From Owenia fusiformis (Eukaryota): a stretch of DNA of 64,000 nucleotides. The stretch is taken from NCBI GenBank assembly GCA_903813345.2, contig CAIIXF020000001.1, forward strand, positions 8,432,001 to 8,496,000. The letters run 5' to 3'. The translations under genes were made by a program, and so were the position numbers. How positions within the stretch are numbered: position 1 is the first letter of the stretch; every line of letters starts with the position of its first letter. The notes beneath the pieces are model-generated. The model ran no database searches. It had not been told where the DNA came from and saw only the letters and a program-made list of their open reading frames with translations. Below are positions 34,601 through 48,400 of the stretch, in pieces.

Positions 34601-37600
34601 TCTTCGAGTCCAAATTTTTTACAAAGAAAACTCTCAATTTCTCTTTATTTGGTACTCAAAATGCAGTCAAAATATATTTTAACTACATGTATAATTAAGC
34701 AATGTGTTTATTTTTACCACATTTATTTTCGAATTTAAATTTTTAATAAACAAAATACATCCAAAGCCAATACAGCAGCAGCATAATATATATACAGAAT
34801 TATATTCATCATAATGCATATTAAAGTGGCAACAAAGAATTCTGTTTAAGGTGTAAATGTTGGAAACAATCCTCTCCTAGCATACTAATTTTGTTAGCTG
34901 AAAATGTTATTATCTGAAAAGGAATTGGCTTGTTCGATCATATAGGGAAATTATTGAGTATTTAAAAATGGAGAAATATCCAAAGTAATTAGAACTGCCA
35001 TATAATTAAATCAGAGGATTTTTTAAGCTTTGATATTTCTCGAAAAGAATGTTTGTACCAAAGTCTTTTGATTGTGAAGTTTTGTTTTTAGGAAAAGAAT
35101 TATTATAGAAACTGCCCTTTAAGAAAATATATCATTTGATCCTAAAATAATGATATGATGTATATCAAGGGGCGCTTATCTGTCATTAGTAACATGATAT
35201 TCGCCAGAAATAATGAATGTCATTACCAGGGCATAAATTTTTTTTTCTATAAATCTTGAACGACATGAATGCCTGATCAATCCCCGGGATCAATCATCTA
35301 ATTTTCAATCTCATTATGAAAACCAGTTCATGCCTTGGAAATGCCTTGTTTAGACAAAATGACCAAATTCGTTCCAGAGTACATTCAAAACAAATACAGT
35401 ATGAACCCAGGAATGGTTACAATACTGTCATTCATATGGAGCCACATTGTACACATCCCTGATCCCTATGTTAATATTAATACAACCAACAAGTACCATG
35501 TTTTATCAAGTTTTATCGCCTAGGTGCATATGCCTTAATCTTATCACTAGGCTAATTTTGCATTATCTCTCTTTGCACAAGGTAATCATTGGGGGAAATA
35601 TAAGGCATAGTTCAAGCACATGTTCAGTATTGCAGCCGACAAAGCCACAGATGAACAACTGAAGGATCTACTTGACAAAGAATCAGTCACATTGCTGATA
35701 CAGACACAAAGGGAGCCTAACCATTAACCAAAACGTGGATCGATAGATATTAACAATAGAAGATTTCCTGACTGAACGATGATGTAGTGTGTAAGTACTA
35801 ATTTTATCAAAATCATTTATCAAAGTTATTTCTTTCTAACATTATCAAACATATTTATTTCAGCATTATGGGATAATGGGTTCATAGGGATCCATAATAT
35901 TTTGAAGGGAAATTATTTTTGAAACAGCTTGGTACATTCATTTTGAATTTAGATTAACAGGAATAACCTATGGTACAATACTGCCTATTTGAAATATTGT
36001 GGGTTTTGAATATGAAGTTCTATTAATGGATATTTCAAAGTGGAGAATAATAGATGTTCATTTCAGTATTTCAACCTACTAGTTTTTGGAAAATTGATTA
36101 GTTTAAGTTCAGCTTAAGTCAAATCAATGTCCTATAACACATCTTACTTAAGACCTTACACAAACTACCTTTATAGGAATTTCATTGTTTGGAAGAAATC
36201 ATTTCTTAGTCAGTAGAGATTGGCTATAAAATGAAAAGTTGAACAATATTTGTTGTTATCAAGCATGGGGAGAAAGTCAACCCCCCCCCCCCCCTTAATA
36301 TTCTCTAGTCTGTATCAATATAGAGAACATAAAGGGAGGGGTGACTTACACCCCACATTATCAAGCAAACATAGGTGTATTTGTTGATGGACCTTTAAAT
36401 GATTTAACTGTCTGAACAATCCCATATTACAATATATTCCTAGGTTTATTCAGAGTACATTATTCAACTAATAATGAAACCAAATACTCTGATCTGGTTT
36501 GTTGGAATATTTATTTATTTCATTGGTCATTAATTTTACAAGTTGGTGTGGCAATATCTCCCATTATCTTTCCATACTTAGTAACAGAGTCTGGTAAATT
36601 ATTTGGGATTGATGTAAAGTTGATGCATCCAAGGAACAAATAAACCAAAAGTTAATAATTGACTGACATGACTGATAACATCCTCTTATGTATTTCCCTA
36701 TATCTACCAACTGTAATCACTTGGCAACTATCTGAAATTTTAGTGTTAGATTGTGATAAAATTCAAGTACCTATAAAATGCTAATGAAATGAGGCCATAG
36801 ACAATGAGCAATATGTCACCTGTGTTAATTGGTCTCACCAAAAGCCACACCTGTAGATTAGAAGCTCAAGAGGCCATGCATTCTGAATTTATTGGCCTCT
36901 TCAATATTCTAGAATTTAATCATTTGTTCAGAGCAGACTCCATTGATCAGTCAATGTTTTTCAAATCAGATATTGACTTTTGAGGTATCAAATCAATGTA
37001 AGAATCAGAAATAAAAAGATTCATCCATTTCATCTCATGCGATCTAAAATTGTGAATTCCCAAACATACAAAGATGACCAATTGTCTAATGTACTGGGCC
37101 TTAATTTCATTCAAATCTCACAAACGTAAGATCAACTTAGCAACAAGAAAATGTACTCAATCCATTCATCTTTTCATCTTTGAATTTTAGGTTATTCCCC
37201 TCTCACTATAATATTTTTAGGAAATGTCAAAATGGTCAAACATCCTGTTGCATTATGGGAAATATAATCCTCTAGTATATCCTAGATGAGAGGTCATCAA
37301 TAATTGCCTTAATGAGGTTGATAAATATGATTACCATACACCATTACATGTGTAAAGCTGAATGGTCAACAGCTCAACAAATATGTGGGGAGGGGACATA
37401 AATATAGGGCTTCAGACTCCAGGTAATCAAATATAGATTTACTCTAGACTGTAGTCACATTTATGAATGGGATTAAAATATCAGATTTTATCAGATGTAG
37501 AATGGGCATCAGTGGGGTTCAGTTCACTTAGGAAATGACATCCTAACATTGGAACACACACATTGTGAATAAATTAGTTTACAAGTCATACCTTCAGTTG

Positions 37601-40600
37601 AACAGACCAGTATCATATTGTTAAACCAATGTAATCCTTCAGTCATATGTGATACTTTGAAGGATCAAGATGAACCAGTAGAGCAGAATAATCATACATC
37701 ATGTCAAATAACTATTGATTTCTCAGGTATAACATATTGGAATTCTACATCAGCAAAATCTTCATCAACATGATCCAAGTGCAATTATTTTCGGGAATAG
37801 TGGCATTATATTGTGTTTCAATCAAATATTATGCTGCTATTCACGAGGTGCAAGGCACTATTCAACTTGAGACGTGCGGTACTACAGTAACACAACTAAA
37901 GAAGAAATATTCATCAATGGTACTGGAAAGGTACTATTCAACTGGACCATTCGAATATCTGTTAAATGACATCAACTTCCCAGCTTTGATACATGACAGG
38001 AAAACTATCATATGATCAATTTCATATGCTCTCAAAATTAATTTATGAAACTTGAAAATTGAATTTTTTAACATTATGTACATTGTGACAATGTGAAAAT
38101 GATTCTTATAAAGGGGCATATTCCAATTTTCAAAAAATGCATAGCTTAAACTAAACTGTTCATTTTAACATGTTTAAAGTCAAATGAATTGTTGGACCTT
38201 TTTACATTTATCACTTACATGCAACAAAAGCTATTTTAGTTTATTTAAATTGGTGGTATGTTGATTTTATTGTTCCCTAGAAATTCACAAACATATACAT
38301 CTCAAACTTATCACTATAACTGTATATTGGCTGCTTGAGACATCTTCCTGTACTCAGTGCTCCATTCTCTGAAACACACCTACATATATATATTCAGAGG
38401 ACATAAACTAACAGATTTTCAGCATATAAAACATTCTTACATTATTTATTCTATGGGCTACCTAGAATCAGAAAATTTCGTTTACTTGTTTATGATTTGC
38501 TATAGTAAACCTTTTGATGCTCTGAGCACAGGAGGATGTCTTAAAAAACCTGATTATTTTACAACACCAACATGAGTATGTTACATCCTTGTTTTAAAAT
38601 GCTGAAATATGCTGTCTTAACGGTTACTGCAACTTTGACATCAAGGCAACTTTATACAGTTTATCATATACTTTACATATGTTAACTTCACACAAAGAAA
38701 CACTGCAAAGTTACCATAACATAACAAGGGGCATCCCAATGGGGAAAATTACTTCAAGAAGTGTTAGTTTTCAATGACAGAAATGAGCGATTAACAATGA
38801 AGAAACACAAAAATTCTACAGAAAATCATCAATAAAATGAAAGATATACCACTTACCATTGGGAGCCCCACCTAGGAATAGAGTAAACATGAACAGGGTA
38901 CAATTTCATCATTTATAATTGATATTCATAAAACCTATTATCTAAGAATTCGAAAAAACTAATAGGCACTGTTAAGATTGGCAAATGTGAAACTACTGTC
39001 TATTTTCACAATTCCATATTATTTGGCACCTAAACCGAACCTTTGTATAACAAATAGTATATATTTCTTGTTTTTGTAATCACTCTTAAATAATTTCATG
39101 AAAATTCACTCGTCCCCTTGAAGAACATTTGAAATTTGATGGGTCTCTGGGAGTTGGTCAGGGTAACGGCATTGCATAACCAACTGCCCAAAAATAATAT
39201 TCAAAAGTGTGCAGTAACATTGTCTTAAAATAATATGTGTGATGTGCATGACTTAACAAACATGTAAATAAAAAATTAACACAACCTTAAATAATTGCAT
39301 TGCCATATCAATGTACTTAGCTATGGCACAGCATTGATCCCAATTTACATTGAAAAGTTTACTCAATGCCACAAAATACTCAATAGTTTTTCACATCACA
39401 TATTGCATTCTATTTTGTATTTTTAAAAATCTTTTTATTGATGAAATTATTTTGAAATCGCTTCCTATTCCTCACTCAGATTTTACATATATACGAAAAT
39501 AAAATATAATTGAATACTAGAAGGGGCCATACCAAAATGAGTCACACCATGCACCACAAACTAGTGGTCAATATATTGATTCTATAAAGATGTGGATAAC
39601 CTTGATATCTTGATGTACGATATAAATTTTGGACTGGTGGAGCTATCAATTAGCAAAGGGTGTTATGTTGTGACAATGAAGAGAATTTACTATTTAGGCA
39701 TCTTGATATGGTCCCTTTATGACAGCAGTTACCAATGGAAGAAAATATCATATTTCACTAAGCACATACTGGAAATATGCATTTACAGGGCATTCAATAA
39801 GTATTGCTAATTTTTATTAACTCTTGTTATCTTGCTTTTTTCTTCATGAAACTTTCAAAACATGAGAAACACATATCTGACCTTATTCTATCCAAATTTC
39901 TGGACAACTGACCTAGTATTGACAAAGTTATGGTTACTATGGTGTCTTGAGATTTTCAGAGAATAAAGTCAAATATATGTAGCCGATGTTGTGAAGGGAA
40001 AGCAAACAGAACAAAAGTTATAGCAAAATTAGCAATACTTATTGAACGCCCTGGAGATAAGAATTTTTCCTATTTCAGATCTTTCACTTTTAATGTTTCA
40101 ACTAGGCCTATTAGTATATAAAAATCAAAAATCTGACAAAGAAAAAATGTTGATGATGATTAATAAAACAAATGACTCATTTTGATGAATGTACACTTGA
40201 CAAGTTGTATGGCTACACAAAACTAATATGTTCTTTTGAAGGTGCACACTCCAATGATAAATAAATATTGTTTTACATTTTATCATCAATATCATGTGGC
40301 ATTCCACATAAAAGTCATTAAAAGAAAATACTTTATTGTCATGTTCTAAAAAGCTAACAATCCCCACATAGTTTGTATGAGTGGGAGGTACAAATATGTT
40401 CTCCTTGTTTATATGTTAAATATCAAGTTATCTAAATGCTCATAATTTATGTTAACATTATTTGAAAATGTTCTAATCCCGTTTGTAATACACACATCCT
40501 CCTTATCAATAGAGTCATTTGCCTAGCAAATAATTTTGAGACAATTTCAACATGTTCAAGTGGACAAATATTAGGAACAATTTCCAACTTGTGTAACACA

Positions 40601-42461
40601 CAGATTAATGGTGACAAATGATAATGTAAATCTATGATGTCTGCAGTTAACACATCATTTCAATGTAAACTATAAAGTACTACAACATTTCTCAGAGAAA
40701 ATATGACGTTTAAAGTTACATATAAACTTTTGGCAAGGACATCATGAGCAAACAATACATTATATAGCATTCCCACATCCCAACATTAAAGCAATAGAAA
40801 TGTCTCACCATTTTTTATCAGTGAGTTTGGTTGTACATGTACAATATATATAACCTGTAATCAATGCAGCACTTCCTTCAATTATCTGAACTTTAAAAAT
40901 GTTTATGCACATAAAAAAAGTTAAAACAATTAAAACCAAAACCTAAAAATAAAACTGGTCCATTTTTGCAAGACTAGCTATTTAGGTTAGATGTCAAATA
41001 TATGCCTAATGCCTATACAGTAATGCGCTTTTACAAAATATATGGACAAAGGTGCAAAGAGATATTTGATGCATAGACAAATATGAGGTTTATGAACCCT
41101 CAACTGAACACAAATGCAAGCATGATACATTGATAACAGATATATAGATATCACATGACATTGCATCAGGTCTCTACTAGTTCCCATCCTTGGCCCAAGG
41201 GTATTTCTTATTCCAACATGTCCAAGGGTATTTCTTATTCCAAGGGTATTTCTTATTCCATACCCTTAAAGCAAGCTTGGGTACTTTCATTTTAAGGATA
41301 ATAAAAATAGGCCATAATCTATTGGAGAATGTGTAAACTGCGTTGGGTGCATTGTCCAATCACACCTCATATTTGCTGGAACTTTGTTAATCTACAAGTT
41401 TTCAAGAGAACTTCTATTACTGTTCCCCTCTCAATTGGTACGTCCTGGGACAAATTAACAACTATTTTCCTTATATTGTTATTAGGTGAGTAAATACGAA
41501 GAACTGGGGAAAACTTATCCTTAGAACTGTGCAATACCATAATTCTACACACATACAAATTCTGTTAAAACTTGGTATTTTAACTTCCTTATAATCTTTT
41601 TAATCAATTTTGAGCAGAAATCAAAGGGAAGGGCAACACATGAATTTGAGGCAATACTATATGAACAATAGCATTAGACATAAACTTGTTTAGTGAAACC
41701 ATAACTAATGTAACATATTCTGAGAGCACAAGAACTAGTGATGGGGTAAAAAAAGTTGTGGGATGTTGTTATTTCAAACCAAAAATGCTATGACACATTC
41801 AGATATAAATGCAAAGTAACAAACTGGCCATTAATGATGCAAGATTCCCGTATTATAGGTTTATGGGCTTTAGAACGGATTCAAAGAGAAAATCTGGCCC
41901 ATCAACAGGTTTACTTCACTTCACTTTTAGTTGTCAACTAAACTGACAGTTTTTTCATTGAACAATACATGTATGAGATTTCTATTTGCCCATGATTGAA
42001 TCTCAGTTCTGTCAGATTTTCCAATGAACCACCGTTTACTTGTCAATACAATCAACCTATAACATTCACTATCAGAGTCTATGGGTTGCTATCATACATG
42101 CCATACTAGCATTTACCATATTGGCCCATTATGGGAACCACACAATATCTCATCTAATCTCATATCCTTGAGAAATGTCCTAAGAAATGCAATGGGTTTG
42201 CAGGAAGTCAGCACCTTATTTCTATCATTTTGGTCCAATAAACCACCAGATTTTAAAAATGCACATATCCAATATGCAGTTTATATGTGATTTTCTGGTG
42301 TTTCAAATGTACCTTGAGGTCTTTTAGATAAACCAGTGAGGTTTAAAATGTACCTTAAGATTTCCTAGTAGCAATCCATCATGATTGTCAACTTAGATAA
42401 TCTCTTCACATTATTCTCATTAACCATGTTAAAACCCTAGTTTTCCAGTGTTCAGTAATTG

Positions 42462-45400
42462 CTATGCAGTCTCCTCAGCTAATAGTGATTCTTCTGCTGG
42501 GTTCCTATGACCTGCAAGAGAAGGCGAAAAGTTGTCAATTCTATTCACATGAATACAACAGAATGTTGAGAGACTTGTAATGCATCTAGACTCTAATCCC
42601 CTTGTGAAAAGCTTAGTGAACTAGATGCAAAATAATATTAAATTGAAAAGGCTATTTCAAAAAATAGAAATAAGATATTTTTCAATCTAGACATTCATAT
42701 TGTAGTGATATGGATTATGGAACTGCATATTCAAAGAAAAATATAATATTTGACTGTTGAAGTGATCTAGTCTTCGCCTAGTCTCTGCAACATGTCTGTT
42801 TCAAAAACTGCTTTTATTAGACAGTTTGTCTCCATAATGGAGATGCTACACAGAATACATAGAAGACTAAGACACTTAGTTGGGTGTGTCATGATCTAGA
42901 GTAAAGTACTGTATTGACAAATCCTTGCAATATTTGTTTAGCTTTCATAATATGATTATCTATTTGTTAGGCTTAGAATTATTTGAACAAATTATACACA
43001 TGCAACCCACTTAAAGGCCAATGTAAATGCTATACATATGTAAAACCTGTGAATTTGAACACCTCTAAATATAAACTTTTTACAGTCCCATCTTATTCTC
43101 CCCTGTCAAAACAACTTTATATGTGAAGATCTGCTATGAATGAATTGTAAATAAATACCATGTATGGTTTACAGAACATTCCCATAATCATAAATTAATT
43201 CAATTCTCACCATACATGTATCTTATTAAGTCAATACACCACAGTCATTGAAAATCAGAGATGTATTGTTTTGGCACACGGGCATTTCTGCGTCATATCA
43301 TACAATACTTTAAATCCAAGATGTCTCAAGAACAGCAATGACTCAAGAATGAACACCAATCTTACAGAGAAATTATGTGTGAAGCTCTGCTTTTTTAACA
43401 CTTTCTTGACCAGACCTTTGATTGGTATATGTGCACCTTAAAGGATATTTCACTTTAGAAATTTGCAATTCATAAATAAAAGTTTTCCTTCCAAATATGT
43501 ATAACTTCGCTAAATTAGATAAAATTTTAAGCAGACCTGTGTTTTCGAAAAAATAACACAAAAAACCATCCCTCTTTTTCACTTCAATCCCATTCCCCCA
43601 TCCCCAATCCTTGAATTTTCACTTACCTTTATCTCTCTGGAAAATGTCTATTGTTTGGCTACGTTTAGTTGGTGATTTCTGTGGCACATGGGTATAGTTA
43701 ACGTGGGGATTTTCAGGGATGAATATCGCCACTAGCAAAGCTAGCATGACTAGAACAGCTCCAAAAGCAAATGGTGGGCCTGGGATTATATTCTGAAAAT
43801 TAAACATGTCAAACAATAACATCAATTATAAAAGTTTTGTATGCATAATTATCTGACACTATAAGATCTGAAATTTCTTTTGATGTAAGCAAATTCTCCC
43901 ATTGCACCAAATAATCCAATTTAATATCAAAAACATACTGTACTCCTGGTAAATTTTGACGCTATAAAATTTCGCGATTTTTTAAAATTGCAATTTCGCG
44001 GCTATTTAATTTCGCGGATTTGAGTTGATGACATTTCGCGGATTGCACAAGTTGAATTTTTTCCTCCAGCTCTGTAAACTCCATATTGATAATATTAATA
44101 TTCTTACATGCCTTTTACATATGCATGAGCTTAGCAAGTACATCATTCAAATGTTGATATAAAATTGAACAATACCCCATGTTAATTATCACCCAAAAAC
44201 ACTGGATGAAACGTTTTACACCGAACGAAACATATCAAAAGTCCCGGGTCAAATCCCCGGGGATTTAAAAGACAAATTTCGTGACGATTAATGTTCGCGA
44301 TTTTACTACATTCGCGAACAAAGCGGAATTAAATCGCACGCGAACCATACCCGGAGTACAGTACTCAATATGCAAGTAAAACATGTGCAAGTAGAACTAC
44401 CCTTTAATGTAAGATGAGCAAAATATTAGTTTTCATATTAAAGCATTGAGCATTCTGTTAGTAAAGATTTGCTGCTTCAACTACTAGGGTGCAAGATAGG
44501 ACACCATTCCCACAGCCACATCGTACAAACCACTATGTATACACATAGTTAATGTTAGCTTTTATGCAAGTGAAATGGACCTTACAAAAACTACTATTCA
44601 GGGTCATGATTTCTCTTAGTATGATGATTGCAAACTTAGCTAGCTAGATGAGGCGTTGGCCAACTTAGACATTTAAAAAGCTAGTTTGTAAACTGCTTTC
44701 ATGCCAAAAAAAGTGATCACATTCATGTCCCACTGTTGCAATCACCCAGTTGCAAAAAAGAACAAGACCTGCACAGTTGTTTTTGTATGGTGAGTGTTAG
44801 CAGAAAGAGAAAGTTAGGAGGGACATCTACATACGTTTAACTTGTCTACCTGGTACCGTTCCCAAAGTCCAGATGTCTCAGGATTCGAAGTATTTACAGC
44901 ATTTACAATAATAACATCATTCTTTTTTGACCCTTCAAGTGGTGTATTGTTTTCATTAAGGTCAACGTGGAATAGGAAGAATATGAATCCATAGAGAGCT
45001 GGTCCAAGGCCATTGCACAAGCCTCTAATGCCCGTAATGACTCCTTGTGCCACACCTAAAACACAACAACATGAACAATATATAGAACAATATATTTTAT
45101 ATCTTTGATCATTTAATAAGCTTTCCACTAATATTATACTATAAATTTCTTTCAAAATTAGAATCATTTTTGTAAAATTTGTTTACAATCTCAATGGTGA
45201 AGAACAACAATAGTCAGATACAGCAATCAATACCAGAGAGGATTTGAATTCTTGATGAAATGTGCTCAACAACAAAGGTCTTTAAACACATACCTTGCTG
45301 GTCAGGGGGTGCATGAGCAGAGACAAATGCACTGATGGCGGGGTAGGTGATACTTCCCATGGATGCCAGACAGCCTGCTGTCCACATCATCCTAAAGCAG

Positions 45401-48400
45401 AAACAAAAATTCTTAAAAAATTGAACAGAAATTTTCTACCTGACTGTCTCTTCAACTATTGAATCATAATAGATTTCTTTGAAAAACGAATAATGTTATT
45501 CTAAAAAGTAATGCGTTACCATGTTTTTGATCCAAAACCATAGCAGGCAAGCTGAACCATCTCAAAACTGAGACCAACCATGATTGAGTGCTTTGGACCT
45601 AAATACTTCATTAGTAATGTAAGAATGGCAGTCTGGAAATATATAAAATATATATACAAGAATGAAAAGAGGAATTGTCTAATCCACTTGTCTGTTTGGT
45701 GAGATATGAGAACTTGTGGACAGCATCTACATTACAAAACACATCATCTTTTAACCTCAAACAACCATGATGCAACTCCATTGTATTCCACATTAAGAGA
45801 AGTCTTGCATCAGGCCCTTTCTCACTTTCTCACAAACAAACCCGAACGCAAACAAACACTAATGCTACTTTTATCTTTGTTATAGAGAATACAGAGAAAG
45901 GCTATAATATCTGACACAGTGAATCATTTTCATAACAAATTGTAAAGAAATTATATAAAGCAGCGATAATATACTGCCAATTTACCTGAGCTAAAACTGA
46001 TAAGACACCTATAACTGCAATAAATGATGCGACAGACTCCTCAGAGAAACCCATGACCTAAAATAAATAATTCAAATAATAATCCTGTCATACATACTGT
46101 ATCTGGGTTTAGAATCTTCTTTAATAGACTTCTTTACATTTTGAACATGGTTGGGGAATCTCTATGACATTTATTTCATTTGAAGGTTAGTCAAATCTTA
46201 AGAAAACTAAGTAAGATATTGTTAAACTTTCTTCAAATAACTACAATCCATGAAGTTTATCAGCAAATTAAATAAAATCAAAGACATCAAGTAACCATGG
46301 AACAAAACTTACGAGTCTTAGGTAGACGAAGAAACATGAGTATTCGCCTGCCTCAGGTAGGTAGGATAGAAACACTGTTACACAGAGCATCAGGATCAGA
46401 TGGTCCTGACCAATCTTTCGTAATGCCTACAACACAGTACATGAAAATAACATTCAGCTATCACATTAATAAGATGAGGTAAAACAACTAATAAAGTAAA
46501 CATAGCTATTTATGACATAAGTAATATAATACTAGATAACAGCAACGCCAAAGCGTAGCAAATCCCATCGAACAGCCATGGCTGGCATTTTTACAAAGTA
46601 TATAGCAAAAAATGGCAGCCATTTTTCGAAATGGCCACCTTCTATCAAAAGTGTCATAAGACAGTGTGACATGCTTATAGTATTCACATACCAAATATGA
46701 ACAAAATCACTCCACTACTTTTCGAGTTATAGTAAAATACGTTAAAATGGCGGCCATTTTGAAAAATCTTTCGTAATGCCTACAACACAGTACATGAAAA
46801 TAACATTCAGCTATCACATTAATAAGATGAGGTAAAACAACTAATAAAGTAAACATAGCTATTGATGACATAAGTAATATAATACTAGATAACAGCAACG
46901 CCAAAGCGTAGCAAATCCCATCGAACAGCCATGGCTGGCATTTTTACAAAGTATATAGCAAAAAATGGCAGCCATTTTTCGAAATGGCCACCTTCTACAA
47001 AAAGTGTCATTTGACGGTGTGCCATGCTTATAGCATTCACATACCAAATATGAACAAAATCGCTCCACTACTTTTAAAGTTACAGCAAAAATTGTAAAAT
47101 AACGAGTAAATGCCGCCATTTTTCAAGATGACTGCCATGAGCTTCTTTATTATCTACATTTCTAGCTTTATTAATGTCCTATAATTGTTTTACATTAAAA
47201 ACATATTGCTTTTACAGTTTCACATATTGCACCTAAACTACTGTAAAATCGGCACTAAAATGGCCGCCATTTTTAAATGAGTGGCCATTTTGAAAATTGG
47301 CTTTCGAGCAGGACTTCTACCCCCATAGGGTATGTGTGTACAAAATATGAACAAAATCGGACCAACAGTATTTGAGTTATTGTCCGGACGGACGGACAGA
47401 CAGATGGAGGCGTTTTCCCTATATCCAAACTTCGTTCGATGTGATAATAATATCTCTGCAGTCAGTCAGTTTAATATCTCATTGATCTGTTTTTCATGTT
47501 TGACAAAGTAATTTTACTGAACCACTTTAAATTGCCAGATAGGGCTGCCATCTATTTTAATGAATTCATAATCATATCTAAATAAATGAAACCTACATGC
47601 CATCTATTTTTGTCATATTTTACAATAACAATTAACAAATAGCTCTGTCATCTTTTTCTAAAATTCAACATCTATCTTCAAAATTGATCAACTACTGTAT
47701 CGATTCAAAACATTGATGTCCACGAAAGTATTATGTTTGGGAAATGGGTGAAAGGTATTTTTGTGACACCCTGTTCTTGCTCATCTAAGTTTTTCAATAA
47801 TTTATTGTTTCATTAAAGGTTAAAGTCAGAATGTGAATGACCAATCTAAAGAATATAACCTAGATGTAACTTACCCCGAATGGGTCTGCTTTTTCCCAGG
47901 ATATCTGAGATCCCCATGATGCAGGTCTCATTTTCTCTGGTAATGATTCAGGCACCGCAACCATTATAAATAATATGTCAAACATTGCTATAGCTGCAGC
48001 TAGGGCTACAACAAGGTTATCGCTATAAACTTTGCCTAAATAAGCACCAATTGCAGGACTTGTCACTAAGCTTGCTGCAAAAGTAGCAGACACCTGCAAA
48101 AACATAAAAACACATGTAAATTATCAAGAGAGCTTGCAACAATGATTTGGTAACTTTATTTTAAGAAGATTTCTAAAATGTATAATATAACAAGAAATAT
48201 GTGTAGTCACCCAAAGTTTATTGAATTGTAGAATTTGGCTACCGTGGCCCCCTCTAGCAAATGTACAAAGGAGAATCCAATAAGAAGTGGTTTTCATGTG
48301 ATCCCATTTACAAACTTTATCAAAAAGATCTAATGTCAAAATAAAATGATAGCCAACCAAAAGTTAACCAGTTTTAAGGCTTAGTTCCCTATAGACATGT

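Noticed and set aside
41195-41260. Three copies of ccaagggtatttcttatt
   Set aside because: A short local slippage repeat with no further structure.
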